From: Planctomycetota bacterium
GTDB lineage: Bacteria; Planctomycetota; MHYJ01; WSZJ01
Length of the DNA: 52,979 nt
Reading direction: 5' to 3'
NCBI GenBank assembly: GCA_038060895.1
Contig: JBBTCT010000022.1
Location: 409,077 to 462,055 of the forward strand
Part shown: in pieces, positions 39,626 to 49,574 of the stretch
How the letters are laid out: each line of letters starts with the position of its first letter
Numbering within the stretch: position 1 is the first letter of the stretch
Notes under the pieces: generated by a model
Database searches by the model: none
What the model was told of the DNA's origin: nothing
What the model saw: only the letters and a program-made list of their open reading frames with translations
Program-made: the position numbers and the translations under genes

Positions 39626-40519
39626 TCAGGACGTGCGTTTCATCTCTTTGGCCTCGTACATGCGCTTGTCTGCTTCCGTCAGCATGTCCTCCAGCGTCGT
39701 GGCCTCGTTCGACAGCCGCGAAAACCCGACGCTCAGCGACAGTCTCCAGGGACGGGGGGCGCCCGCGTTGAACGCCGCCGTTTCTTCGCGGATCCGCGCG
39801 ACCACCGTCTCCGGCGGACCCAGGCCCGGCTCGAGCCGAAGCGCCGCGAACTCGTCGCCGCCGAGACGACCGACGAGGTCCGAAGGGCGGAAGGCCTTCA
39901 GGAGGACGGCCGCGGCGCCGGCGATCGCGGCGTCGCCGGCGGCGTGCCCGTGGCTGTCGTTGATGAGCTTGAGGCCGTCGACGTCGATGAAGAAAAGGGC
40001 GCAGGACGTCGACGGCGGGCGCAATCCGGAAAAGTGGCGGGCGGCGAGCGCGAGGAACCCTCTCCGGTTGTGGAGGCCCGTCAGTTCGTCGCGCGTCGAA
40101 AGGCCGCGGAGGGCGGAGAGAGTCCTGTGCCGCTCGACGGAATAGCGCAGGACTTTGGCAAGGCGCACCGCGTCGACCTCACCCTTGATGAGGAAGTCCT
40201 CGGCGCCCGCGTTGACGGCGGCCAGACCGGTCGCGTCATCGTTGAGGCCTGTGAGCACGACGATCGGGACGTCGGGGCAGCCCGCGCTCATGGTCCGGAC
40301 GGTCTCGAGCCCATCGGAATCGGGGAGATTGAGGTCCAGTAACACCACGTCCGGCGAGGCCGATTTCGCCCGGAGCACCCCCTCTTCCAGGGTCTTGCAG
40401 ATGCGCAGGCTCATCCCGGCGCACGCGCCACCCGACAGATGGCGCCGGATCGAATCGGCGTCCGCGGCATTGTCCTCGACGAGCAGGATGTCCAGGGGGG
40501 CATCGACCATGGCGATCAC
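39626..40519 (-). CDS. REC-GGDEF diguanylate cyclase response regulator
   Basis: LLVEDN, LLDLNLPD, DELTGLHNRR, RPSDLVGRLGGDEF. Confidence 0.92.
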   Translation of the reverse strand: MIAMVDAPLDILLVEDNAADADSIRRHLSGGACAGMSLRICKTLEEGVLRAKSASPDVVLLDLNLPDSDGLETVRTMSAGCPDVPIVVLTGLNDDATGLAAVNAGAEDFLIKGEVDAVRLAKVLRYSVERHRTLSALRGLSTRDELTGLHNRRGFLALAARHFSGLRPPSTSCALFFIDVDGLKLINDSHGHAAGDAAIAGAAAVLLKAFRPSDLVGRLGGDEFAALRLEPGLGPPETVVARIREETAAFNAGAPRPWRLSLSVGFSRLSNEATTLEDMLTEADKRMYEAKEMKRTS

Positions 40520-40959
40520 TCCGCGGGTAGCCGGGCAATCCGTAGCCAGAAGTCCACGAGGGAACGTACGACGGCGCGGTACTCGGGCAGTTCCGCCGGT
40601 TTCGTGATGAAGCAGTTCGCGTGGCTCCGGTAGGAACGTCGCACGTCGCTCTCCGCCGCCGACGTCGTCAGCACCACGACCGGGATGTGCTTCAGCTCAG
40701 GGTCCTCCTTGATGTCCTCCAGCACCTCGCGGCCGTCCTTTCTCGGCAGATTCAGGTCGAGCAGGATCAGCCGCGGCCGCTTCGTTGCCGCATAGGTCCC
40801 TTTGCGCCTCAGGTAGTCCAGCGCGTCCTCGCCGTTCATCGCGAGGACCTGCCGGATCGGCGGCTCACACCCCGCAATCGCTTCCGCCAGCAGCCTCGCC
40901 TCCGCCGGGCTGTCCTCGACCAGCAGCACATCCGCCGCTTCCTTCTGAGTCGCGATCAT
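40516..40959 (-). CDS. Single-domain response regulator (Rcp1-like)
   Basis: LLVEDS, ILLDLNLPRKDGREVL, VVVLTTS, ANCFITKP, FW. Confidence 0.93.
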   Translation of the reverse strand: MIATQKEAADVLLVEDSPAEARLLAEAIAGCEPPIRQVLAMNGEDALDYLRRKGTYAATKRPRLILLDLNLPRKDGREVLEDIKEDPELKHIPVVVLTTSAAESDVRRSYRSHANCFITKPAELPEYRAVVRSLVDFWLRIARLPAE

Positions 40960-43233
40960 CTAAGCCTCCTTAGCCAGCCTGGACGCGCCCCCTGCGGGCG
41001 CAACCGGCAGGCTGAAGTAAAAGGTCGAGCCCTTCCCGGGCTCCGACCGGACCCCGATGCGTCCCCCGTGCCTCTCCACGATCCGTTTGCAGATTGCCAG
41101 CCCGATGCCCGATCCTTCGCAGATCTCCGACCCCGGGCCACGGCGGAAGGGCAGGAAGATTCGCTCCTGGAAGCGCGACTCGATGCCGATCCCGTTGTCC
41201 GAAACGAAAAACTCCCACGAAGCGCCCTCCTTGCGAGCTTCGATCCGCACTCGCGGCGGCGCTTCGCTGCGGTACTTGAGGGCGTTGACGATGAGGTTCT
41301 GGAAGACTTCCGTCAGCTGGGTCGCATCGGCCGTGACTTCCGGCAGTTCGCCCTGCGCCACGAGGGCGCCGGTTTCCACGATCAGCGGCTTCAGGTTGAG
41401 AAGGGCCTCGCGGAGCGCGTCGGCCGCGAGGACGGGGCGGAGATTCTGCTCCCTGCAGGCACGCCTCGAGAATTCCAGGAGGCTCACGATCAGCGTCCGC
41501 ATCCGCCGGGTGCCGTCGATGGCGTGCCCCATGAACTCGTGCGCGTCCGGCGGAAGCCGGGGGCCGAACTTCTCGTTGAGGAGCTGCACGTAGCTCGTCA
41601 CCATCCGGAGCGGCTCCTGGAGGTCATGTGAAGCGACGTAGGCAAAGCGCTCGAGGTCCTCGTTCGAGCGCTCGAGCTGGAGGCGTTGAGTCGCGAGCTC
41701 CGACGCGACCCGCTGCCGTTCCGCGGCCTCCCGGCTGAGCCGCTCGTTCGCCTCCCGCAGCTCGCGCGTTCGTTCCTCCACCTTCTGTTCCAGCTGCACC
41801 TGCGCGGCGGCGCGCGCCGCTTCCGCAAGCCATCGTTCCGTCACGTCCCGCGCGATGACCAGGACGCCGGCGATCCTTCCGCCGATCACCAGCGGCCGGC
41901 CGATCGATTCGAGATATCGCCAGTGCCCCCCCTTCGTGCGGGCCCGGACGACGGCCGGGGAAGGAGTTTTGCCGCGAAGCGCCATTGCCGTCGACTGCTC
42001 GGCCTTCGCGAGGTCTTCGGGATGAACGAGCGCCGAGTAGTGCTTCCCCAGCCAGTCCTTTGTCTTCCACCCCAGCGTGCGCTCGAAGGCAGGGTTGAGG
42101 GTCGCAATCTGCCCGTCCGGCGAGATCGTCACGATGAGCTCGTCGGCGCTCTCGACGAGCTGCCGGTACTTCTGTTCGGAGTGGCCGAGCAACTCCTCGG
42201 CTCGCCGACGTTCGCTCACGTCGCGCAGGATGTGGATGATGTAGGCGGGTCTCCCATCGCTGTCGAGGACCACGGATGAGCTTGTCGCGGCGTGAAGCGG
42301 TGTCCCGTCCCGCCGCACGCAAGGGACTTCCGAGGGGTAGTCCCCCTTGCGCATCTTCGCGACTTCCGCCGGCGTCAGGGCGGCCCGGTACGACGGCTCC
42401 AGCAGCCGATCGATCGGCGTCCCGACAACCTGCGCTGCGGTGTAGCCGAAGACCTGTGAAGCGCGTCCCATCCACCGGACGATGCGGCCGCCCAGGTCGG
42501 TCAGGACGATGGACTCAGGAAGCTGCAGCAGCAGCTGGTCCGAGAGGCGCAGCTGCGCATCGATCCGCGCCCACTGCCCGGCATCTCTCAACACTCCTGC
42601 GAACTCGGGCCCGTCCTCCCCGTCCCATCCCGTCAGCGCCACTTCGACCGTGATCTCTCTCCCGCTGGACGTCAGCGCCTCGAAGACCCGGGACTCGCCG
42701 ACGAGTCGTGACTCGCCCGACGCCCGCAGGAACGAAAGGCGTTCGAGGAACGCGGCTCGATGACGTTTCGGCATCAGCCGGGTCAGCGGCTGCCCGATCA
42801 TCTGCGCGGCTTTCCAGCCGAACATCTTTTCAGCCGACGGGTTGAAGGACTTGATGATCCCCCGCGCGTCGCAGCCCACGACGGCGTCCGTGCTCGTCCC
42901 AAGGATCGCGTGATAGCTCGCTCGCCAGATGTGTGCGCGCCGCACCCAGCGGGCGAAGACGGCGTGCGACGCTGCAGCCGCGATCGCCCCCGCGACGAAG
43001 GCCAGCGCGAGGCCACGGCGGAATTCGCTTCGCGCGGGCCCTTCAAGCCCCCGCACTCCCGGCACGCCCAGGCCGGCCGCGCCGGCGGCCAGGAACAGCA
43101 CCGCCGCGGCTGCGACGAACCCGCGGTCGATGGCCAGCGACCTGCGCGCGGGCACGAACGCGGACATCCGCGGCATTTGCCGTGGTGCCGAAAATTCGCG
43201 CGGAATGGTCTGCGACGTCGGCATGGGCTTCAT
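40960..43233 (-). CDS. Membrane-bound sensor histidine kinase with three PAS domains
   Basis: Two TM helices; three PAS domains; H-box [10 protein letters not shown]; [10 protein letters not shown]; DNGIGI; [18 protein letters not shown]; exact start uncertain. Confidence 0.92.
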   Translation of the reverse strand: MKPMPTSQTIPREFSAPRQMPRMSAFVPARRSLAIDRGFVAAAAVLFLAAGAAGLGVPGVRGLEGPARSEFRRGLALAFVAGAIAAAASHAVFARWVRRAHIWRASYHAILGTSTDAVVGCDARGIIKSFNPSAEKMFGWKAAQMIGQPLTRLMPKRHRAAFLERLSFLRASGESRLVGESRVFEALTSSGREITVEVALTGWDGEDGPEFAGVLRDAGQWARIDAQLRLSDQLLLQLPESIVLTDLGGRIVRWMGRASQVFGYTAAQVVGTPIDRLLEPSYRAALTPAEVAKMRKGDYPSEVPCVRRDGTPLHAATSSSVVLDSDGRPAYIIHILRDVSERRRAEELLGHSEQKYRQLVESADELIVTISPDGQIATLNPAFERTLGWKTKDWLGKHYSALVHPEDLAKAEQSTAMALRGKTPSPAVVRARTKGGHWRYLESIGRPLVIGGRIAGVLVIARDVTERWLAEAARAAAQVQLEQKVEERTRELREANERLSREAAERQRVASELATQRLQLERSNEDLERFAYVASHDLQEPLRMVTSYVQLLNEKFGPRLPPDAHEFMGHAIDGTRRMRTLIVSLLEFSRRACREQNLRPVLAADALREALLNLKPLIVETGALVAQGELPEVTADATQLTEVFQNLIVNALKYRSEAPPRVRIEARKEGASWEFFVSDNGIGIESRFQERIFLPFRRGPGSEICEGSGIGLAICKRIVERHGGRIGVRSEPGKGSTFYFSLPVAPAGGASRLAKEA

Positions 43234-43394
43234 TCGGGCGTCCCCCGAAAGGGAAGCGCCCCGACTGGTGGCCCGGGTTCAACAGTGATGGTAAATCCAG
43301 GGAGGGCAGCGAAGAAGCGGTAATCATGCATGGCCGATTCCTCGATAAGACGTGCCCTCCCCGAATCCGTTACTTCACGACCCGCATGGGATCC

Positions 43395-43925
43395 TCACAG
43401 GATCTTGTGCGCGTATCTGCGCCACTCCTTGACGATCGATTCGCCGTCCGCTTCGGACTTCGGCCTGACCGACACCAGGATGTCGCCGGCATGGACTCGC
43501 GTGGAAACCACCTTGATGTGCTTCTCAGGGATGTCCGCGCCGACGAGAGCACCGACAAGCGTCCCGACCGCTCCGCCTGCGCCGGCGCCGGCTAGGGCCG
43601 CCGTGATCGGACCGAGGAAGGCGAAGGCCGCGCCCGGGATGACGAGCGCCGTCCCGACGGAGATCAGGGCCGCGCCCAGGGCGCCGGCCGCTCCGCCGAT
43701 CGTGCCGCCGACCGCGGCGCCTTCGAGCAGCTTGTTGTCCACGGGCTCCTTCACGATTCCGAATAGCCGCTTGCGGGTCTCGTTCGAGAGAAGAACCGAG
43801 ATCTCGGATTTCAGGTATCCGCGGGCAAGCAGGGCCTCGTAGGCACGCTCTCCGGATTCGCGCGTGTCGAAGAGTCCGCTGATCACAGTGCAGGGCGTGG
43901 TCCTGGCCATGGCTCCGCTTTTCAT
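43395..43925 (-). CDS. General-stress-type membrane protein with a Gly/Ala-rich hairpin (YflT-like)
   Basis: ISGLFDT...A...L...GY...ISVL; GAAVGGTIGG...GPITAALAGAGAGG...GALVG; SD aaggag. Confidence 0.75.
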   Translation of the reverse strand: MKSGAMARTTPCTVISGLFDTRESGERAYEALLARGYLKSEISVLLSNETRKRLFGIVKEPVDNKLLEGAAVGGTIGGAAGALGAALISVGTALVIPGAAFAFLGPITAALAGAGAGGAVGTLVGALVGADIPEKHIKVVSTRVHAGDILVSVRPKSEADGESIVKEWRRYAHKIL

Positions 43926-44055
43926 GGGTCTCTCCTTGTTTCGAATGGGTTGCGCCGGACTTAGGTCCGAGTGCGTGTGGGAGTCCCCGGCCTCGTCGCG
44001 AGACTGACAGGAAACTCGCATTTCCCAGCGTCGTGGCCGGGGACACTCTTCCCTT

Positions 44056-44071
44056 TGCAACGCCTGTGCCC
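44056..44071 (-). promoter_or_regulatory. sigma54 -24/-12 promoter motif
   Basis: Minus strand gGGCAC-aggcg-TTGCA, ~130 bp upstream of 43925. Confidence 0.65.
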
Positions 44072-44198
44072 GACCTGTCTGCCCGGCGGGGAAGCAGGGG
44101 GCCCGCAATAAGTACGCGCGACGGGAATAGTTGCGGGCCTCACCGGTCGAATTGGCCGGGGATCCTGCGAGCGGCTCCCCGAACGCCATGGCCTCCGC

Positions 44199-45101
44199 TC
44201 ACTCCCTCCGGCGCCCGGCCTTGTCCTCGTACATGCGGCGATCGGCTTCCTGCATCAGGTCCGCGATCGTCTGGGTGCGGGTGAGGTCGCAGCGGACGAT
44301 CCCGATGCTGAGGGAGAGATTCCAGGGGCGGTGCGCCGCCTCATTGTTCGCGTCGACCGCATCCCGCACACGCCGGGTCAGCGTGATCGCGTCCTCCGCC
44401 CCGGGGCCGGTCGCAAGCACCGTGAACTCATCTCCCCCGATTCGCGCGAGGAGGTCGGATTCGCGGAACGCGCTCCGCAGCGCGCCCGCGGCCGCAACAA
44501 TCGCCCTGTCGCCCTCCGCATGCCCGAACCCGTCGTTGATGCGCTTCAAGCCGTCCATGTCCGCAAATACCACGGAGCAGGGCCGGCCGGAGCGGCGGAT
44601 GAGGCGCATCTGCTGCTCGGCCATCTGGACGAATCCGCGGCGGTTGAAGAGCCCCGTCAGTTCGTCGGTGAGCGAGACGTCCCGGGACTCAGCCTGCATG
44701 CGCGAGCGCTCGATCGCGTAGAGCGCGGCCCGCACCAGGGTTGCCTTCTCTACTTCGTCTTTGGTCAGGAACTCCTGGGCGCCTTCCTGAAGCGCGCGCA
44801 GCCCGACCGACTCGTCCGTCTGGCTCGTCAACACCACGAGCGGGAGGTCGGGATACTGGGCGCGCATCCTTTTCACTCCTTCCATCCCTTGCGCGTCCGG
44901 GAGCCAGAGGTCGAGGAACACGACGTCCGTCGCGCCGCGGGCGAGCGCTTCCATCCCTGCCTCCAGGCTCGCAGCCCACGCAATGTCCGTGGCTACCACC
45001 ATCGTCCGCGTCGCATGGACGTCCGACAGAATCTCCCTCACGAAGCGCGCGTCCGCGGGATTGTCCTCGACCAGGAGCAGGCGCAGTTTCTGGATGTTCA
45101 T
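44199..45101 (-). CDS. REC-GGDEF diguanylate cyclase response regulator (second)
   Basis: LLVEDN, FLDLWLPD, DELTGLFNRR, RESDLLARIGGDEF. Confidence 0.92.
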   Translation of the reverse strand: MNIQKLRLLLVEDNPADARFVREILSDVHATRTMVVATDIAWAASLEAGMEALARGATDVVFLDLWLPDAQGMEGVKRMRAQYPDLPLVVLTSQTDESVGLRALQEGAQEFLTKDEVEKATLVRAALYAIERSRMQAESRDVSLTDELTGLFNRRGFVQMAEQQMRLIRRSGRPCSVVFADMDGLKRINDGFGHAEGDRAIVAAAGALRSAFRESDLLARIGGDEFTVLATGPGAEDAITLTRRVRDAVDANNEAAHRPWNLSLSIGIVRCDLTRTQTIADLMQEADRRMYEDKAGRRRE

Positions 45102-47815
45102 CGGGCCTCGTCTTCCGTCATTTCGACGGCCGGAAGAGTGAACCGGAAGGTTGAGCCTTTCTCCTTCGCCGGGTCAACCCGGATGGTGCCCCCGTGGCGC
45201 TCGACAATGCGTTTGCATAGCGCAAGTCCGACACCCGCGCCCGGCGTGGTGCCGCCGCCGGGGAGGCGTTCGAAGATCGAGAAGATGTGTGCCGCAGTCT
45301 GTTCGGAGACGCCCACACCGTTGTCCGCGACGGAAAACTCCCAGTGGGGCCCGGCCCGGTTCGCCTGCACCTCGATGCGGGGCGCCTCCGGGCCGCGATA
45401 CTTGATCGCATTCCCGATGAGGTTCTGGAAGACCTGGACGAGCTGGGTGAAATCGGCCCTGAGCCTGGGAAGGACACCGTGCGTGACTTCCGCGCCGGAC
45501 TCAACGATCAGCATGCGCAGGTTCGAGACGGCCTGGCGCAGCGCGACTTCGCAATCGACCGGCTCGCGCGGCACTTCCCCGGTCCCGGCACGGGAGTAGT
45601 CCACCAGGTCCGAAATGAGCTGGCGCATGCGCGCCACACCGTCCGTCATGAATCCCAGAAAGTCGTCCGCGTTGGCGTCCAGGCGTCCACGGTAGCGCTC
45701 CGACAACAGCTTTGCGAAGTTGCCGACGACGCGCAGCGGTTCCTGGAGATCGTGCGACGCCACGTACGCGAATTCCTCCAGGTCGTGGTTGGAGCGTCCC
45801 AGCTCGGCGGCCGTATGCGCGACTTCGGCCTCGACCCTCCGGCGCTCCTCTACTTCCAGCCGGAGCCCTTCGTTCGCGGCGGTCAACTGGGCGGTCCTTT
45901 CGGCTACGCGCTGCTCGAGGCTCGCGCGGGCTTCCAGAAGCGCTTCATCGGCGAGCTTGCGTTCGGTGATGTCACGGGCAACCTTCGTGAAGCCCCGGAG
46001 TTTCCCGCCCTCGTCGCGCAGGGCCGAGAGCACGACGCTGGACCAGTAGCGCGACCCGTCCTTGCGCCGGCGCCAGCCTTCCTCGGTGTATCGCCCGTCG
46101 GCAGCGGCGATTTCCAGCTCGCGCGCGGGCTTCCCGTCCTTCACGTCCTCAGGGATGAAGAACACCGAGAAGTGCTGCCCGAGGATCTCCTGGCTCCGCC
46201 AGCCGGTGATTCCCGCGGCCCCGGCGTTCCAGTTCACCACGCGCCCCTCGGGGTCGAGCGCGAAGATCGCGTAGTCGGTGACACTCGAAATGAAAAGGCG
46301 GAAGCGCTCTTCGCTCTGGCGGAGGGCCTCCGCGGCCTGCTTCTTGACGGTGACGTCGCGGCCCACGGCGTAGAGGACGCCCTGGGAGAGCAGGGAGGCG
46401 ACGTTCCACGACGTCCAGCGGTACGAACCGTCGCGGCACATGAGGCGGAGTTCGAAGAGGACCGTGTCCCGTCCCTCCTTCAGCCTCTCGAACTCGATTT
46501 CTGCGGCGGCGCGGTCGTCCGCGTGTACGAACTCCGTGAAGGGCTTCGACTTCAACTCCGCCGCAGTCCAGCCCGTGACCTGTTCGAAGGCGGGGTTGAG
46601 ATGCCGGATCACCCCATCCAGGCCGCAGATGCAGAACATGTCCACGGAGAGCGCGAAAAAGCGGTCGAGCTCTTCCTGGATGGTCTTTCGGTCGGTCACA
46701 TCGCGGGCCACCGCAATCAGGCAGAGCGGCCGGCCCCTCGACTCGACAACCGTGCTGCAGGTCATCTCGATGTTCGCCGGGGCGCCGTTCTTTCGCCGGC
46801 ACAGGAGCTCAGACGTCCAGGAGCCTGTTTCATGGACGCGCTTCCAGAGAGCCTGTGACGACACGGTCGGGTCGCCTGGCTGATGCCTGCCGAGCATCTC
46901 GATGGGTCGCCCGGCGACTTCCTCCGTGGTCCAGCCGAATATTTTCTCCGCGCGGCCAAGCCAGCGGATGATCTTGCCGTCGAGATTCATGAGGATCACG
47001 GCCTCCGGGATCTGCCGGAGCAGTTCGTCGGACAGGTGAAGCTTCTCCTCCGTCCGTCTCCGCTCCGTGAAATCGTGAAGGATTGCCGCTACGGCCATAT
47101 GCCCGTTGCCCGGGGCTGCAGCCAGCGACAGGTGAACCGGGAAGTGCGTGCCGTCGCTGCGAACCCCCGTCAGATCAACCGTGTGGGGCGAATCGCCGGA
47201 CTCGCACGTGGCCACGCAGTGCCTGACGGCAGCGATGGCGCGGGCGTGGTCGGGACCGGTGAAGGGCGTGTCGAACGACTTCCCGACGAGAGAGGCCGCA
47301 TCCCGGCCGAAGATCGCTTCCGCGCCCCGGTTCCACTCCGTGATGACGCCTTCTCCGTCCAGGCAGACGACCGCTTCGTTCGCGCTGGACATGACCGCAA
47401 GGAAGCGTGCTTCCATTCCTGAAGCGGTGCGCAGGGCGCGCCCGACCATGAGGAGGCCGAAGAGGAGGATGGCGAGGCAGGATGCGCCGACGCGCGCCGC
47501 GTAGAAGGACAGCATTTCGATAGGGGCGCCCATCAGCCACCAGCGGCCGTCGATGACGGACCACGCGGCGTAAATGACGGCGGAGAGGAGGAGCGACCCC
47601 AGAACGAAGACGTTCCAGCGGACAGCGAACAGTCTGCCGGTCGACATTTCGCGAGCGATCGCAACCGCGGCGGCGAGGATCCCGCTGGGCTGCGCCCTGG
47701 TCGGCTCCGGGCTCACGGAACGCGCAGCCTGTCCCCGCAGCCTTGAAGGCTCGGTGAGCGCGAGGAACTCCGTCGGATGCAGGCCCGGGTCTCCCGGCGC
47801 CTTGATTTCCGGCAT
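45098..47815 (-). CDS. Membrane-bound sensor histidine kinase with four PAS domains
   Basis: Two TM helices; four PAS domains; [10 protein letters not shown]; QNLIGNAIKY; DNGVG; [16 protein letters not shown]; exact start uncertain. Confidence 0.92.
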   Translation of the reverse strand: MPEIKAPGDPGLHPTEFLALTEPSRLRGQAARSVSPEPTRAQPSGILAAAVAIAREMSTGRLFAVRWNVFVLGSLLLSAVIYAAWSVIDGRWWLMGAPIEMLSFYAARVGASCLAILLFGLLMVGRALRTASGMEARFLAVMSSANEAVVCLDGEGVITEWNRGAEAIFGRDAASLVGKSFDTPFTGPDHARAIAAVRHCVATCESGDSPHTVDLTGVRSDGTHFPVHLSLAAAPGNGHMAVAAILHDFTERRRTEEKLHLSDELLRQIPEAVILMNLDGKIIRWLGRAEKIFGWTTEEVAGRPIEMLGRHQPGDPTVSSQALWKRVHETGSWTSELLCRRKNGAPANIEMTCSTVVESRGRPLCLIAVARDVTDRKTIQEELDRFFALSVDMFCICGLDGVIRHLNPAFEQVTGWTAAELKSKPFTEFVHADDRAAAEIEFERLKEGRDTVLFELRLMCRDGSYRWTSWNVASLLSQGVLYAVGRDVTVKKQAAEALRQSEERFRLFISSVTDYAIFALDPEGRVVNWNAGAAGITGWRSQEILGQHFSVFFIPEDVKDGKPARELEIAAADGRYTEEGWRRRKDGSRYWSSVVLSALRDEGGKLRGFTKVARDITERKLADEALLEARASLEQRVAERTAQLTAANEGLRLEVEERRRVEAEVAHTAAELGRSNHDLEEFAYVASHDLQEPLRVVGNFAKLLSERYRGRLDANADDFLGFMTDGVARMRQLISDLVDYSRAGTGEVPREPVDCEVALRQAVSNLRMLIVESGAEVTHGVLPRLRADFTQLVQVFQNLIGNAIKYRGPEAPRIEVQANRAGPHWEFSVADNGVGVSEQTAAHIFSIFERLPGGGTTPGAGVGLALCKRIVERHGGTIRVDPAKEKGSTFRFTLPAVEMTEDEAR

Positions 47816-47896
47816 GGTGCTGCCGACCCTCCCGAAGTGAGGTCACGCGTCCAAAACACCCTCGCCGCGGGATGCGCGGCGAGGGAGGGTGGGAAT

Positions 47897-48016
47897 CTAG
47901 GTCGACATGATTCTCTTGCCCGCCGGGCGACTCCGGACCTTGCCCTTGCCGCCGGGACTCTTCGAGGCCCGACGCTTGGCTGCCGTCATTCTTCCTCCGC
48001 GTGACTTCTTGGCCAT
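47897..48016 (-). CDS. Possible small basic protein (39 aa)
   Basis: Strong SD aaaggag before ATG 48016; MAKKSRGGRMTAAKRRASKSPGGKGK... Confidence 0.4.
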   Translation of the reverse strand: MAKKSRGGRMTAAKRRASKSPGGKGKVRSRPAGKRIMST

Positions 48017-48080
48017 GGCCCTGCTCCTTTCATGTAAGGGAACGCAATGAACTGCGGACGGGCGCGCCTGCGCCCGCCAC

Positions 48081-48265
48081 CTAGGAAACCGGGGGACGGG
48101 ATCGGGGGCCGTTGAAGAAGCCCCAGAGAAGCGACGCGAGGAAGACGACCACGAAGAAGAAGAACAGGACCTTCGCGACTCCTCGGCGCCGGCGGCGATG
48201 CCACCGAAACCGAAGATGGCCGCCACGATGGCGACGATGAAGAAAACCAGGGACCAGTACAGCAT
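48081..48265 (-). pseudogene. DUF1328 (UPF0391/YtjA-like) small membrane protein with a 1-nt frameshift
   Basis: MLYWSLVFFIVAIVAAIFGFGGIAAGAE continues as VAKVLFFFFVVVFLASLLWG only in a shifted frame; span is 185 nt. Confidence 0.8.
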
Positions 48266-48385
48266 GGGAGCCTCCTTTGTTGGTCTCCCCTGGTTGATTG
48301 CGATCTTCACCGGGGGAGACGTGGAATTCTTCCTGCGCCGCCGTTCAGGGACGGTGCGGAAACAACAACGACCTGGAGCGCAGGA

Positions 48386-48401
48386 AGCAAAGCAAGTGCC
48401 C
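48386..48401 (-). promoter_or_regulatory. sigma54 -24/-12 promoter motif
   Basis: Minus strand gGGCAC-ttgct-TTGCT upstream of the DUF1328 gene. Confidence 0.65.
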
Positions 48402-48529
48402 GTTTGCGCCGCACCCTCGGCTCGAAGGCGCCGGAATTCGCCGGCCCCATCCGGTCATTGATGCCGTTTCAGGTACGCGCTACCGCCGGCGCGCCGGGAC
48501 TTCACGCCGGCTGCCGGTTCCCGCTGCAG

Positions 48530-48545
48530 CGGCACGTTCGTTGCA
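48530..48545 (+). promoter_or_regulatory. sigma54 -24/-12 promoter motif
   Basis: cGGCAC-gttcg-TTGCA upstream of 48651. Confidence 0.7.
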
Positions 48546-48650
48546 ATCGAAAGATGCCGGCATCGCGACGGCTCGAGGCTGCGCGAAGTCGTGGTCGCCT
48601 GGTGACCGCGACATTTCGAAGGTGACTCGACGTTGAAAAGGAGAAGGACC

Positions 48651-48932
48651 ATGAAGAACCACTACGGAAGCCAGTTGCGCCAGAAGGGACACGACATCGT
48701 CGTTGACCTCGCGGACATCCGTGAAATCGTGAAGGAAGCGGTTTCCGCGAAGTTCGAATCCCTCAAGGAAGGCGCGGGGAGTGCTCTTTCTTCCATCAGG
48801 GACAACACGGTGTCGATGGCCCGTGAGACCGGCGAGCGCGCCACGCGCATCGTCAAGAAGTCCCCCTGGAAGGCGATGGCCGGCGCGGCGGCGGCCGGGA
48901 TGCTCGCCGTCTGGCTCTATCGCCGTACGTAG
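48651..48932 (+). CDS. DUF883/ElaB/YqjD-like tail-anchored protein
   Basis: Helical body, then VKKSPWKAMAGAAAAGMLAVWLYRR; SD aggag. Confidence 0.8.
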   Translation: MKNHYGSQLRQKGHDIVVDLADIREIVKEAVSAKFESLKEGAGSALSSIRDNTVSMARETGERATRIVKKSPWKAMAGAAAAGMLAVWLYRRT

Positions 48933-49032
48933 CCTCGACGCCGTCGCCGGGCGACCTCCATTGGCCCTATTCAGAGGAGGGCGCCCGGTCGACGGGCGGT
49001 TCGCCGGAGAACTCACAGGGTGAGGAATAGCC

Positions 49033-49464
49033 ATGAAGCAGATGTTCAACTCGCTGGCGGCGTATGTCGGCGTATCCGGTGAGAGCCTGGCCTCTCTCCT
49101 GTTGATGGCAGCTCTCGCCGTGCTGGCCAGCTTCGCCGTCTGCGCGCTCTTCCTCGTGTACATGCCGGCGGATTATTTCTCGCTGAAGCGCCGCCCGCCC
49201 ACGCCGCGGGTCGGTTTGCGGGGAAACTTCATCTACTGGGCCCGGAACGTCGGCGGGCTCCTCCTGCTGGCCCTCGGCCTCATACTCGCGATTCCCGGCG
49301 TCCCGTTCCCGGGAACTCTCCTCTTCCTGATCGGGTTCTCGATCACGGATTTCCCGTCCAAGAGACGCATGCAGCGCATGATCCTGGAGCGTCCGGCGGT
49401 CCAGGGCCGCATTAACGCGCTGCGCAGGAGATTCGGGAAGGGGCCGATCCTGCTCGGGTGCTGA
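49033..49464 (+). CDS. Membrane protein, PGPGW-like family
   Basis: RNVGG.LLL.LG....IPGVPFPG.L..LIG...DFP.KR; SD gagga. Confidence 0.75.
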   Translation: MKQMFNSLAAYVGVSGESLASLLLMAALAVLASFAVCALFLVYMPADYFSLKRRPPTPRVGLRGNFIYWARNVGGLLLLALGLILAIPGVPFPGTLLFLIGFSITDFPSKRRMQRMILERPAVQGRINALRRRFGKGPILLGC

Positions 49465-49503
49465 AGCCCTTCTTCGCAGGAGCTACCGATGTTTTTATTG
49501 CTG

Positions 49504-49519
49504 AGGCACGGGGTTTGCT
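49504..49519 (+). promoter_or_regulatory. sigma54 -24/-12 promoter motif
   Basis: aGGCAC-ggggt-TTGCT upstream of 49575. Confidence 0.7.
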
Positions 49520-49574
49520 TCGCCGGAAGTGCTGAGCTTTCACGCAAGGCTGATTCCTGCCGAGGAGATCACTC

